From: a virus
Lineage: Duplodnaviria; Caudoviricetes
Virus record (IMG/VR): IMGVR_UViG_2859725622_000004
Location: 1 to 64,000 of that record
Reading direction: 5' to 3' (one strand)
Length of the DNA stretch: 64,000 nucleotides
Positions 1 to 10,243 of the stretch are shown piece after piece. Each line of letters begins with the position of its first letter. The stretch's first letter is position 1. The position numbers and the translations under genes are program-made. Under the pieces are notes generated by a model, which was not told where the DNA came from, did no database searches, and was given only the letters and a program-made list of their open reading frames with translations.

Positions 1-168
1 ATGAAAAAGGTTTCGACCTCAAAAGCTCCTAGCCGAGATTCATTAACCAAGGCAATCCCTTACGGGAATGAGCAGTATTTTGATGAACAATCGAAGCAGC
101 AGGCGGCGAATGACTTTGCTCGGCGGGTCGTCGGAACATCAAGTGGCGTCTATTTAACCCGAAAATAG
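1..168 (+). CDS. Short hypothetical ORF or 3' end of a gene entering from the left (55 codons)
   Basis: Open frame from base 1 to TAG at 166-168, followed by a terminator hairpin. Confidence 0.3.
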   Translation: MKKVSTSKAPSRDSLTKAIPYGNEQYFDEQSKQQAANDFARRVVGTSSGVYLTRK

Positions 169-173
169 CTCCT

Positions 174-200
174 AACCCGGCCCCGCAGCCGGGTTTTATT
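174..200. terminator. Intrinsic terminator between convergent genes
   Basis: AACCCGGC/GCCGGGTT stem followed by TTATT. Confidence 0.7.
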
Positions 201-408
201 ACTTCCTAGCCAGCGCTTCCACCACAGCCCTCATCGCCTCTTCTGTAGTCTCTGAACGCTTTATCTTTTTATTAGCTAATGATGTCCTCAACACTCCCGC
301 AATGACCACATGCTTTGGCTCTTGTCCAAGATCACGCATCTCAAGCACCACCTTCCCCACTACTCTGCACATTTCGTTATATAGCGCGTCTGAATCTTTT
401 GTGCTCAT
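199..408 (-). CDS. fumD: FumD/YdhZ (DUF2767) family protein, 69 aa
   Basis: LYNEMCRVVGKVVLEMRDLGQEPKHVVIAGVLRTSLANK closely matches E. coli YdhZ/FumD as recalled; GGGAG RBS before ATG at 408. Confidence 0.8.
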   Translation of the reverse strand: MSTKDSDALYNEMCRVVGKVVLEMRDLGQEPKHVVIAGVLRTSLANKKIKRSETTEEAMRAVVEALARK

Positions 409-508
409 AGCCACTCCCATCTCAATTCCACCAAATTTAGCACAACTATCATCGTTTTCACTCAATAGCGGAAAAGAATAGACCGGGCCATTAAGCCCGG
501 TTTTGTAT

Positions 509-1144
509 TTATGCTTCAGTTGAAACGGCACCAGGTGCAACTGGCCACTCGATGTTTGGCGCTTTTGTGTCAATACGACTCAGCAAGACGCGGTAAGTTT
601 TCCATGCAATGAGCTGTCCTTTCTCTTCATCCGTTGCCATGCCCGTATCGACCGCATCTTGTAGCGGGGCGATTTTCACTGTTGCGTCGTTCAATAATTG
701 AGATTTTGTTTCTTCTGCTGTCTGCACTGCTGCGGCTTGCTGTAACCCCTTATCCGTCACCCACTTGCTGCCGCTCCATTTGTCGTAAATAGTGAGTGGT
801 GCTAGTAAAGTGAGTGTATCTGGCAATTCACCAATTGTTGTTACTTCCTCCGGCTGACCAGTTTCAGTGCTATATGCCACTTTGCCACGCAAATCATCAA
901 CAATTTCCCATGCAGTTCCAGTAGCATTTCGGCGCACTGCTTTATCATCCCTCGCGGGCAGGGTTGGCGCGTCAGCATATCCGCAAGCTGGCAAGCCTAC
1001 ACCGACAGGGAGATACTCATTACTTGCGCCGGTATATTCGCGTGAGTCAGGGCTTGCGCTATAAACTGCTATCCAGCCCTCAGTGATAGATAAACCATCT
1101 TGTCCCAACTGCGCTGCGGTGATTTCTAGTGAATATTTTGTCAT
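509..1144 (-). CDS. Tail fibre assembly chaperone (Tfa family)
   Basis: C-terminal LQDAVDTGMATDEE...WKTYRVLLSRID...WP motif; follows tail fibre. Confidence 0.9.
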   Translation of the reverse strand: MTKYSLEITAAQLGQDGLSITEGWIAVYSASPDSREYTGASNEYLPVGVGLPACGYADAPTLPARDDKAVRRNATGTAWEIVDDLRGKVAYSTETGQPEEVTTIGELPDTLTLLAPLTIYDKWSGSKWVTDKGLQQAAAVQTAEETKSQLLNDATVKIAPLQDAVDTGMATDEEKGQLIAWKTYRVLLSRIDTKAPNIEWPVAPGAVSTEA

Positions 1145-2679
1145 TATATAGCTCTCACAATGTAGTTAAATGCAATGTTCCGTGGGCGAGTTTCATCACC
1201 ACCGGAATTACTTGTTGAAAGGCCGTTCACGCTTGTAAACCAACCTGATGTGGGGCCGCCTGTTATTCCGCGAATCTCAAAATTCGAGAGGCCGTGGTTA
1301 TGGCTTTGTATCCCGCCACCCTGCCATTCCAATAAGTGTTGGTCTGCCCTAACACCACGCCCATCATCAAAGCCACGAATAAACTCGCCGCGCAAATCCG
1401 GCAATACACCAGACGGATACGCCAGGGCTAATTTTGGATATGTTGCTGTGCTAAACGATGAACCGTTTACTTTCAGAAACCCCGCAGGAGGGGTCGCGAG
1501 CGGGTAAGGAAGAGGTACACCGATGGGCACCAAACTTCCATCGCCTAAACCGAGGTTTGCAATAGCGCCTGCAACTGTATTCGCACCTGTTCCGCCATCT
1601 TCAATTGCAATGGGTATTGCCGAGTTCTGTATCTTGCGATAAGTAAATGTTCGAGAGCCTTTGTCACCTATGATGAGTACTTTATAAATCACGTAATTGG
1701 CATTCAGCGACGTATCCGGGGTTAGAGTCAGACCAATACGCTTGCTCGCATTTCCTGATATATAATCCACGGCAATGCTGACGCCGGTACCTGTATTGTA
1801 AACGATGCCTGCTGGCGTATTAGACCACGTATTAAAATTGGAAAAATAATTAGAGCCGGTAAGGAAATCCTGTTGCTGCCAATCGAGAGCCGTTAATCCT
1901 GTTAACGTCGTCAAGCCAATACCCATACCTGCGAATCCAAGGTTTGACCGTGCGCCATCAGGGGTGAGTGCACCCGTACCGCCACAAGAAATTGATACTG
2001 GATTTGCTGATGTTTGGATTTCTCTTGCTGTAAATGTCCGAGAGCCAGGGTAACCGCCAAGCCGAAGATACCAAGCCCTAAAGTTTGAACTTGATACCGT
2101 GCTGGGCTTTATCTCAAGCCCAATCTGGGTGCCGGTGACGTAATCAACTTTTATGCTAATAGCTAATCCCGCAGGGTAACTAATTTCACTTGGAACATTT
2201 ATCCAATTTGTAGAGGATGCGATGTAATTCGCACCGGATGTAAATACAAATGTTTGAAAATCAAAGTTATCTATCCCGGTCATGCTTGACAAGCCAATGC
2301 CATTTGTTGAAAGGTCATTGACCACTTTCGTAACTGCATCATTCGCTGCTTTAACAGCCTTAGGTGTCGCAGCTAATGCCTCGCTGGTGCTGGTTATAGA
2401 ACTGCTAAGCTGAACAATTCCTTTTTGGGTTAATGAGGCGTCTTTAATATCAGGAATTCCCTCGCCAATCAGCTTCTGTATAGATAAAAGAACTTGATTA
2501 AACTGAGTGCTGTCGGCATCAATCTCTGCAGCAGAAAGAACACTCATCAATTCACGCTGAATGGTATTAAACCACTTAGCCGGTAATATCGTAGGCGGAA
2601 CACCACTAGCAACATTGCCGTCTGTAAATTCGCCGTTACTGTCCGCGCGCGTATTCGGTATATCTCCAATTTTTTGCAT
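1144..2679 (-). CDS. Tail fibre protein with two internal ~125-aa repeats and C-terminal collar domain
   Basis: Mu/SfV-type N-terminus; ASLTQKGIVQLSS...AATPKAV fibre repeat; PDLRGEFIRGFDDGRG collar motif. Confidence 0.9.
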   Translation of the reverse strand: MQKIGDIPNTRADSNGEFTDGNVASGVPPTILPAKWFNTIQRELMSVLSAAEIDADSTQFNQVLLSIQKLIGEGIPDIKDASLTQKGIVQLSSSITSTSEALAATPKAVKAANDAVTKVVNDLSTNGIGLSSMTGIDNFDFQTFVFTSGANYIASSTNWINVPSEISYPAGLAISIKVDYVTGTQIGLEIKPSTVSSSNFRAWYLRLGGYPGSRTFTAREIQTSANPVSISCGGTGALTPDGARSNLGFAGMGIGLTTLTGLTALDWQQQDFLTGSNYFSNFNTWSNTPAGIVYNTGTGVSIAVDYISGNASKRIGLTLTPDTSLNANYVIYKVLIIGDKGSRTFTYRKIQNSAIPIAIEDGGTGANTVAGAIANLGLGDGSLVPIGVPLPYPLATPPAGFLKVNGSSFSTATYPKLALAYPSGVLPDLRGEFIRGFDDGRGVRADQHLLEWQGGGIQSHNHGLSNFEIRGITGGPTSGWFTSVNGLSTSNSGGDETRPRNIAFNYIVRAI

Positions 2680-2728
2680 AGATAATCCTCGCCAGGTAAG
2701 GCGCTTTAAATGAATAGATATTGATTAG

Positions 2729-3325
2729 TTAGCTAACGTAGCCAAATTTAAGAATGGTGTGAGAAGGGTTTAATACGGTTAATCGGCATTCAAGCTGTTT
2801 GTTTCCCCACGACCGCAGAGGATCACTGCAATAAGTTAAACCGCATTGGGCATAATTAATCGTGGTTTCTGGCGCAGCGATCAGCCAGGTGAAAGGCCAT
2901 TCGTCACCGTTTAAAGCATCCCCACAAACGGACATCCCCGCACATGCCTGCCTATATTGGGTTATTGAGATGGTGTAACCTAGCGCCTCAGCAACCCGAA
3001 TAAAATAAGCCATTGACTGGCCGCCAATGCCGAACAGCTTAGATATCACGGCCCGCTGGCGCTGAATCATGCTGTCAATCTCACCTATCGCGCATAAATC
3101 AGGTAATCCGAGCGTCGCTTCCCATTCAGGAAGCATTGCAGTGGCTGTGGATGGAAAAGCCGCATCAAGCAGATCGCGGGCATCTTCATCACTGCGCTGA
3201 TAGGATCTTGCCAGTGCCCGCAAGGTACTGGTTTGAACCCCATTAAGTTGTCGGGGCCAAACTAGACCGCCCGGCATCAGCGCTTGAAGAGCTGCGGTAT
3301 ATTCATTCGCAGAATAACGACTCAT
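2729..3325 (-). CDS. Baseplate protein, Mu gp48/YmfQ (DUF2313) family
   Basis: LMPGGLVWP and LPEWEATLGLPD motifs; synteny. Confidence 0.85.
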   Translation of the reverse strand: MSRYSANEYTAALQALMPGGLVWPRQLNGVQTSTLRALARSYQRSDEDARDLLDAAFPSTATAMLPEWEATLGLPDLCAIGEIDSMIQRQRAVISKLFGIGGQSMAYFIRVAEALGYTISITQYRQACAGMSVCGDALNGDEWPFTWLIAAPETTINYAQCGLTYCSDPLRSWGNKQLECRLTVLNPSHTILKFGYVS

Positions 3326-4458
3326 AAGTAGGTCACCGTGCCCCGGACAGGTAATTTGCCGGTTTCAAGCTGAATATTTGTCGTTGGAGAATCAAGAATA
3401 AAACCACTGGTTCCATCAATATCACCGATGGCAAGCAGCAGTGACGACAGAAGAATTTCCCCACCTGGCTGACCCTCAGTAAAAAACACCTCATCAATAG
3501 CCGTATTTATTGCTACGGTAGTTTCACTGGATGCCGTAGGAATGCCACTGATAACAAAATTCACGGGCGAGGCTACTGGCGCGCAGACATAAATGATGGC
3601 GATAATAGGCTGTAAGGGATAGATATGATCTGCAACCCGCCCCTGATCGCCGGTCGCTTTTACCGCACCCCATTCCTCAAGCTGAGACACGCCGTCAGTC
3701 CCGATCGGAAAACCACCTGAATCATTGCCATCACACATGATATAAATGCCGACCGTGCCTACCCCCTGTAAGCGACGCTTCACCCAACAACGTGTCACAC
3801 CAGGCACGGCCAACGCCCAATTTCGATAATCGGTATCGTTGCCACCTTGAGGTGTATTTTGATAGGCCAGCAACATACGAGAACGAAAAGCATCTTCTGA
3901 TTCAATATCAGCGCCGCCAGATATCTTAACTGTTGCGGTGGCCACTGACAGGACACCATCAATTGCGACGTCGAGTGTAAGAGACGTTCCGGCATCCGCA
4001 TTCCCCGCGATACCGCCACCCGTAGTGTCATCCAATACACTGGGGAGTACAGCAGTAATTGAACCGGTGGCAGTACCACCAGCCCCCAGACTTAACTCAT
4101 GGTCGAGACTGTATTGATAACCATCGGCCCTGTTTAAAAGGCTACCGGCGGGAATGACACGGCCTACGGTCCCACTAAACTCGACTGCAGGAGAAGTTGC
4201 AGGGTTGGCGGGTTTGCGGAAAATATCTTTCAACGCGGCCCACGCGGCAAGATATTCGTCAGTGGCATTATAAGGCGTGGATTGCAGCGCGATATAATCC
4301 AGATAACCATAATGTAAATGCGCCATTCCGGCATCAGCATCACTGATCACACCGACATTGGAGAAGCGCAATAAATTACCGCCCGTCTTGAGTTCTGATT
4401 GAATATAAGACAGGTTGCGCTGGCGCAGTTCGCTTAATGTGGGGCGATTAAATGGCAT
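3322..4458 (-). CDS. Baseplate wedge protein J / Mu gp47
   Basis: GGADIESEDAFRSR...PQGGNDTDYRNWALAVPGV motif. Confidence 0.9.
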   Translation of the reverse strand: MPFNRPTLSELRQRNLSYIQSELKTGGNLLRFSNVGVISDADAGMAHLHYGYLDYIALQSTPYNATDEYLAAWAALKDIFRKPANPATSPAVEFSGTVGRVIPAGSLLNRADGYQYSLDHELSLGAGGTATGSITAVLPSVLDDTTGGGIAGNADAGTSLTLDVAIDGVLSVATATVKISGGADIESEDAFRSRMLLAYQNTPQGGNDTDYRNWALAVPGVTRCWVKRRLQGVGTVGIYIMCDGNDSGGFPIGTDGVSQLEEWGAVKATGDQGRVADHIYPLQPIIAIIYVCAPVASPVNFVISGIPTASSETTVAINTAIDEVFFTEGQPGGEILLSSLLLAIGDIDGTSGFILDSPTTNIQLETGKLPVRGTVTYL

Positions 4459-4461
4459 GTA

Positions 4462-4899
4462 TTAGGTCTCCCATACCCATGAGAATTTAACTGAAGCCTG
4501 TGCTTTAGCCGGTTGTTGATAGCTGATAATGAGATTGATTCGGTTGGGAAACACTATCTGAGCATTGGTACTGATTGCGGTCACCACACCATCATCAACC
4601 AGCCAGACCAAAGCTTCATTGGCGTAGTCCTCAGCCTTTAACGCGACTTTAGTCGTGAGTTTTTCGCGGCGAAGCAACCACAAACGGGAGCCTATCGGAT
4701 ATTCTGATCCGGTATCACCCCACCACCCTCGGCGATCATCGCCATCGATAGCATCATCACTACGGGCCAACCGATCCGTGAACAGGCTAATTAAAATAGC
4801 GGTTTCTAAATCATCACCATCCAGCAACCCACCGCCGCCGGTTTGCCAATCGCCCAGTAGCGTGTCCGGCTCCCAGACTGTTTTAATATCTGTTGTCAT
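4462..4899 (-). CDS. Mu gp46-like baseplate protein
   Basis: DLETAILISLFTD...RRGWWGD...IGSRLWLLRREK motif. Confidence 0.9.
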   Translation of the reverse strand: MTTDIKTVWEPDTLLGDWQTGGGGLLDGDDLETAILISLFTDRLARSDDAIDGDDRRGWWGDTGSEYPIGSRLWLLRREKLTTKVALKAEDYANEALVWLVDDGVVTAISTNAQIVFPNRINLIISYQQPAKAQASVKFSWVWET

Positions 4900-5489
4900 T
4901 CAACCACCTTGCCCGTCACTTCACTGGTTAATGTCGAACTACCACCCTGAACATTTTTAAGTTGGTGGTTGTGGGTGTTATAGGCTTCGCGCAGGTTTTT
5001 TAGTGTGGTGCTATTGCTGTCCGCGTTATCGACAATATCGCCGCTAACTTCTAACAGCGGCGTATTTAGCCGTACTTTTTCCGAGGCATTAATCGTCACC
5101 TCAGTCGCATTATTAACCGTGACCGGCTGGCTATTGGCTTCAATAATAATCCCTGTTTCAGTTAACTTGACGTATTGCCCCCATTGCGAATAAATCACCG
5201 TTTCACCCGTATTGAGTCCGGTGTGGCGAAAAGACTGATGATTTGAGCCAATAATGACTGCGCTTGATCTGTCTCCACCTAAAAACCCAATAACCACATC
5301 AGTATTGGCGGGAAGTCCTGATGAAAAACCGAATTCAGCCAGTCTTGGGGTATCATCACGCACTTCAAGCGGTGTTTGATATTGAACGGTTTGAACGGTG
5401 CCGCCATCATTACTGCCCGTCACCCGCCCCACCCCAATCATCATTTTTATTTGCCGGTATAATTTGGATAACTGCCCTGATTCACTCAT
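4896..5489 (-). CDS. Baseplate spike / Mu gp45
   Basis: EFGFSSGLP motif; HNH motif near C-terminus; synteny. Confidence 0.85.
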   Translation of the reverse strand: MSESGQLSKLYRQIKMMIGVGRVTGSNDGGTVQTVQYQTPLEVRDDTPRLAEFGFSSGLPANTDVVIGFLGGDRSSAVIIGSNHQSFRHTGLNTGETVIYSQWGQYVKLTETGIIIEANSQPVTVNNATEVTINASEKVRLNTPLLEVSGDIVDNADSNSTTLKNLREAYNTHNHQLKNVQGGSSTLTSEVTGKVVE

Positions 5490-6559
5490 CGTTGGTTTGT
5501 CTCCATAATATTTGAATAAAACTGATAAGGTTGGACAGTAAAGGCTTCAGGGGGCATCAGGACCATTTGCGCGGCGGTACCGTGGTCGTCTTTGAGGTAA
5601 GTCACCTCAGATAACAACCAAAGTTCATCCTTTAGACCAAAAATAGGTAAATCAATGGGGATCAGCGTGTTAGGTTCCCACAGTTTTCCGTCTTTATCCC
5701 GCCAGCTATCGACCGTCACCAGCAGCTCTTTAGAGCGTCCATAACGGCGGTTCATTTCCCAATCAATACATTGCTGAGCCAGTTTTAGGGCTTTCATGGT
5801 ACTTTCAACAATGATAATGCGGTTTCTATAGCGCATTTGGGCCGCTTCGGGATCGCGACTGCGAGCTAACGTAACTGAACCGTATCCCGCATCCTGAACC
5901 TGCTCTTGAAGTTGGCTAACAGACATCGAAACGCCGATATAGTCAGAAAATCGTTGATCCATTCCTGAGTTATACGCAGCGTCTTCGATATTGATACCCT
6001 GCGCTACCCCACTGGCTGCTTTTCGCGTACCCACCCGAGTTAGATATAAACTGCCATCGGGTAGATCGTAATACAGCAATGCCGCCCAGCGAGTGATGCG
6101 GTCAATAATTTCCTGAGAGGATTCCCCCCAGTTCAATGTAAATTGGGGAACAATGTCGAGGTCAGTAACATCACTGGACACCGTAATTCCGTAGGGCATC
6201 GCTAACCGTTGGGCTATCTGTAGCGCTGTCGATTGGCTGATCACATTGTTTGGCCACTCTGCGGAGCAATCAACCAAGTCCTGACACTTACTCCGTCCCG
6301 TCGCCCTCACTTCGCGGCGATTACGACTGATCATCGGTGCCCAACGGTCTATGTAGCCTGTCAGAACAACATCATCACCCAAATTAACGACACAAGCGTC
6401 TCCAGGGTTAACCCACTGTTGATTGTTACTCCCCGGATAAAGGTCCATCAATGATAGGCTGAAGTCACTGGGTAACCGCTCTATGCTGCGCGTGACCCGG
6501 ATATTATCCCAACCGGTAATCAGCTTATTACCAATGCGTAGCGTCAGATCATCACTCAT
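5486..6559 (-). CDS. Baseplate hub, Mu gpP/gp44
   Basis: GRSKCQDLVDCSA motif; synteny. Confidence 0.85.
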   Translation of the reverse strand: MSDDLTLRIGNKLITGWDNIRVTRSIERLPSDFSLSLMDLYPGSNNQQWVNPGDACVVNLGDDVVLTGYIDRWAPMISRNRREVRATGRSKCQDLVDCSAEWPNNVISQSTALQIAQRLAMPYGITVSSDVTDLDIVPQFTLNWGESSQEIIDRITRWAALLYYDLPDGSLYLTRVGTRKAASGVAQGINIEDAAYNSGMDQRFSDYIGVSMSVSQLQEQVQDAGYGSVTLARSRDPEAAQMRYRNRIIIVESTMKALKLAQQCIDWEMNRRYGRSKELLVTVDSWRDKDGKLWEPNTLIPIDLPIFGLKDELWLLSEVTYLKDDHGTAAQMVLMPPEAFTVQPYQFYSNIMETNQR

Positions 6560-7962
6560 GAGTTTAACGCCTTGAATCTAACTGGCATAAATGCCGGGTG
6601 AACGGGGTTAGCCATTTTCACTAACGCGTCACCCCGTCGTGCATCCTGATATAGCCGATTGGCAAGATTAAGCGCGGGTAATGATCGGTTAAAATTGACG
6701 GTCTCAACGCGAGACAGATTCGCGCCGGTCTGCTGCAACAGTGTGACAATAGAGCCGCGCAAGTCGTTTAATGCCTGGTATACCTCGTCATTACCCCTGT
6801 CAGCCGCAGAAAGCGCCGCACTGTCTACAACATCACAGACTCGCGTCAATATATCGACCGCATCGTCATAGCTTTCAGGTTGATATTGCGAAGCAGCAAA
6901 CACCATCGCACCGGCACACAACACAATAATGAGTTGGTAGCTGGCGGATGCGGTATTGCTGTCACTGGGGTTGGGTCGAAAAGTGTTGTCATCAACTTCC
7001 ATTAATTCTTGCATCATGCGGATTAAATCAAGGGTGCTGGCTCCGCTGGCCAAGATGGCATTCACGACAGCAAGAACAGCGTTGGCATGTTCCTCTACCG
7101 TCGCAGCCCCTGACAATGTATCAGTAGCAGCAACAAGTGAGGCCCGCCCCTCGACTGAAACAGCCATTCGTTGAGCCACCAGCGCGGACAGGTTCGTCGT
7201 GTCACTCTGCGTGCTTACGGATGCCGTGGCCCCTGATACGCTGCCGCCTACGGTACCGTGGTTGTAACGGCCATAACGATCACGCCCAAGGGTTGAACGG
7301 AGGACATTGCCGAGATTTGTCGCCTCACTGGTGGTTGAATTCACCATGTTTACCCAGAATGCTGCGGTACTTTTTAGTGTTCTGATGGTTTGAGTGACGG
7401 AACGGATCTCACCTTTTACTGTGGCGATAAATGTCGCAACAGATTTGGAGGCCAGCCCAAACCATGACGACTGAATCGACGAAACGGCATCTGCTGAACT
7501 GGTAACAGAAAATACCCGCAATCCTGATTCAATGATGGTCAGCGTAAATTCAAAAACACGCCCTGACTCAGCCCCTTCATTCAGACGAAGACCACTTTCA
7601 GGAATACTGACCGTCATTTCACCCAGCGTTGGGTGTACTAATGTTCCCGCATCCGGCATTTCACAGGCAGCAATCAGTGAATCACGCTGGGTCATGACGT
7701 CAGGCGCGTTATAAAGGCCACTACTCTGAATAAGAAAACCACGGATAGTCAGGCGGCGAGTTGCTCGTCCCAAGTCTTCAATCCATGCAGTATCTCGATA
7801 AGGATATTCATGAATGGCCTGGCGCCGGCCAAAAACACCCTCAGCAGTTAATACAGCAAAAGGAACACCACGGAAAGAGGCGGGATGCAGGTGTTCAGAC
7901 CATTGCCAACTATCACCACCAGTACCTAATAAATCAGAAAGTGCATTGCTGATCAGTGACAT
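6556..7962 (-). CDS. Mu N-like DNA circularisation/tail protein
   Basis: ASFRGVPF...HEYPYRD...EDLGR...GTLVHPTLG motif. Confidence 0.9.
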   Translation of the reverse strand: MSLISNALSDLLGTGGDSWQWSEHLHPASFRGVPFAVLTAEGVFGRRQAIHEYPYRDTAWIEDLGRATRRLTIRGFLIQSSGLYNAPDVMTQRDSLIAACEMPDAGTLVHPTLGEMTVSIPESGLRLNEGAESGRVFEFTLTIIESGLRVFSVTSSADAVSSIQSSWFGLASKSVATFIATVKGEIRSVTQTIRTLKSTAAFWVNMVNSTTSEATNLGNVLRSTLGRDRYGRYNHGTVGGSVSGATASVSTQSDTTNLSALVAQRMAVSVEGRASLVAATDTLSGAATVEEHANAVLAVVNAILASGASTLDLIRMMQELMEVDDNTFRPNPSDSNTASASYQLIIVLCAGAMVFAASQYQPESYDDAVDILTRVCDVVDSAALSAADRGNDEVYQALNDLRGSIVTLLQQTGANLSRVETVNFNRSLPALNLANRLYQDARRGDALVKMANPVHPAFMPVRFKALNS

Positions 7963-8019
7963 TTACGCCCCCTGAAAATAAAAAACCCCGCCAGAAGCGA
8001 GGTTGATGGTTGTACTTTA

Positions 8020-9822
8020 TTACGCCGGGTAACTCATTGATGTTGATATTTTTGCCCCCTTTGGCGCAGTTATTTTCTGACGCTCCCCTGTTTTATCAGT
8101 GATCAGCGTAATTTCAATTTCTGACTTATCTCCACCAATACCTTGGGTGATATCATTATTGTCTCTCCCACTTTGCTGGGATGCATTTATGGATGTTGGC
8201 GGTAGCGCGTTGATATCAGAGGTGCCGGTATTTAACTCGCCTGGCTGGGGATGAATAGCGGGTAACCCCGGCATAATCTTCTGGAGATAGTTACGCGTTT
8301 CAGCAGGGGCCTTTCCCAACCCATGCTTTTTGACATTCCCCTGCCCCCAGTTATAGGACGCAACGGCTTGATTCACATTACCATCAAAATCTTTGAGTAG
8401 GTCGGCCAAATACTTAGCCGCAGCCTCACTGGACTTATTAAAGTCCATGCGGTCTTCCCGCGTATTTAATCCGTAGTCTCTGCCTGTCGCTGGCATAAAT
8501 TGGAATGGCCCCTCAGCACCTTTGGGTGATAGTAGATTTTTACCTCGGTTAGATTCATTCAGGTAGACCCGATCAAGCAAGGTTGAAGGGAGGTTATACT
8601 GTGACTCTAACTGTTTTAGTCTCACTTGCTGCTGATCTTCGCCGGGGAGTAGGTAGGGTGATTTAACGGGAGCAACGTTTTTTTGCTTTTCTATCTCAAG
8701 CCGTTTCTTTTCCTGCGCTTCCCAATCCGCACCGTACTGATCATTTAATTTTTGGGTAAAATCCTTATCTGGATATCCAAACGTTAAATAGGCTTTCTCT
8801 TTAAACGATAATGTTTCTTTGAATTTATCGTCTACTCGCGCCCGATGAAGAATGTCTTTCTGTTTATCACCATGTGCAAACGAGTTTTCATCATCGTTCT
8901 CGCGCATCTTCATATCATGAAGCTGAGTTGCAGCACTTCCCTTGACCATATTTTCATCAGGTAAAAGTTTTTGGGCTGCCCATATTTTTCCTTTGGTCAT
9001 CAACCCATCAAGCGCGGCGCTGGCCTCCTTTAACTGAGCATTCAATTCAACCAGTTGCGCATTAATCTTGGGGTCAACCGTTAAGCCAAAACTATCCGAT
9101 TTAGCCAGCAACTCTTTGTACCTGGCACCCTCTCGCATCAATGCTAAAAGGGGGGCATCAAATCCTAAAGCATCAGCCAAAGTCTTTTGAGTTTGTGGGG
9201 AAAGTTTAGGGAATATCTTGGCAACATTGTCCAGCGTCTTGTAGACATCTGCCGTGCCATCTTTGAGGCGCTCGATGACAATCCCATTTTGAGCAAGCAA
9301 CGCTTGTGTCGTGTCATTGCGTGCCCATAAAGGGTCATTAAACGTCTTGTACAGACCCTCAACAGATTGACGGGCGGAGTCGCTATCTACCCCTAATATC
9401 TGCATAGCACCGCTAACACGGCTAAAATTATCAACTGACATACCGGCATTTTTAGCCGCCACATCAAGCGAATAGGCTGAATCAGCAGCCGCACTTAACC
9501 CCTGAGCGGCTTTGACGCCAATATAACCAACAGCGCCAAGCGCACCAAACCTGAGTACCTTGCTGCCAATCTCACCAACCATTTTTAGCGGGGGCACCAT
9601 ATCACCGACAAACTGCACACCTTCACGCGCAAACTGCCCCATTCCCTTTAGACGAGCATTGAGGTCGTCAATACCTTCAACTGATCCCTGCCCCCCTAAT
9701 TTAAGTCCATCACGGGTTTTATCCAGATCAGGAATGAGATTTTTAACGGCCTCTTCGATACGCTGAATGGAGGCCGACGCCTGATCTGTCGCGGTCAGTT
9801 CAAAATCAAATGCATTACCCAT
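8020..9822 (-). CDS. Tape measure protein with C-terminal lytic transglycosylase (SLT) domain
   Basis: Position after tube and chaperone; ESNRG...GAEGPFQFMPAT and AVASYNWGQG SLT motifs. Confidence 0.85.
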   Translation of the reverse strand: MGNAFDFELTATDQASASIQRIEEAVKNLIPDLDKTRDGLKLGGQGSVEGIDDLNARLKGMGQFAREGVQFVGDMVPPLKMVGEIGSKVLRFGALGAVGYIGVKAAQGLSAAADSAYSLDVAAKNAGMSVDNFSRVSGAMQILGVDSDSARQSVEGLYKTFNDPLWARNDTTQALLAQNGIVIERLKDGTADVYKTLDNVAKIFPKLSPQTQKTLADALGFDAPLLALMREGARYKELLAKSDSFGLTVDPKINAQLVELNAQLKEASAALDGLMTKGKIWAAQKLLPDENMVKGSAATQLHDMKMRENDDENSFAHGDKQKDILHRARVDDKFKETLSFKEKAYLTFGYPDKDFTQKLNDQYGADWEAQEKKRLEIEKQKNVAPVKSPYLLPGEDQQQVRLKQLESQYNLPSTLLDRVYLNESNRGKNLLSPKGAEGPFQFMPATGRDYGLNTREDRMDFNKSSEAAAKYLADLLKDFDGNVNQAVASYNWGQGNVKKHGLGKAPAETRNYLQKIMPGLPAIHPQPGELNTGTSDINALPPTSINASQQSGRDNNDITQGIGGDKSEIEITLITDKTGERQKITAPKGAKISTSMSYPA

Positions 9823-9988
9823 TTTTCCCCGCCTTCACCTTGTTAATTCTGACCGCCTGCTGATACCACCACTGTAATCGGCTATAGGTCAGGGACCAGG
9901 CATCTGCTGGTCCCCACCCATAGTAATAGGTCACATCTGCTAGTTCGTTACCCCATTCTCCACCTGGGGGGAGTAGGCTAAAAAACCC
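9815..9988 (-). other. Programmed -1 frameshift site (G GGT TTT, 9982-9988) and T-like extension
   Basis: -1 frame reads FSLLPPGGEWGNELADVTYYYGWGPADAWSLTYSRLQWWYQQAVRINKVKAGKNG* and stops at the tape measure start. Confidence 0.75.
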
Positions 9989-10242
9989 ATCATGTAGACC
10001 TCACAGGCTTTATAGTCGGTAAAAGCCATCTTTTTGATGGCTTCACGCGGTACATTCGACACCAGCGAAATAAGCAGCCCCATCGCACTGAGTGCACCAG
10101 ATTTAGCCTGTTCGTCATAAAACTGCTGAACCTGAATCAATATCGGCTCACTGAGTTCGATAGCCTCATAGGTGGTTTTAGTGGCTTCATGAGAAATAGG
10201 CTTAACGAGGGGGATTGTTTTAGTGCGTTCCAGTTCAGACAT
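9940..10242 (-). CDS. Tail assembly chaperone (G-like)
   Basis: Between tube and tape measure; ends just after a slippery site. Confidence 0.8.
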   Translation of the reverse strand: MSELERTKTIPLVKPISHEATKTTYEAIELSEPILIQVQQFYDEQAKSGALSAMGLLISLVSNVPREAIKKMAFTDYKACEVYMMGFLAYSPQVENGVTN

Positions 10243-10243
10243 C

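Noticed and set aside
1-2730. Invertible tail-fibre cassette (Gin/Cin type)
   Set aside because: No invertase, inverted fibre fragment or paired crossover sites seen in the window; cannot exclude them left of base 1
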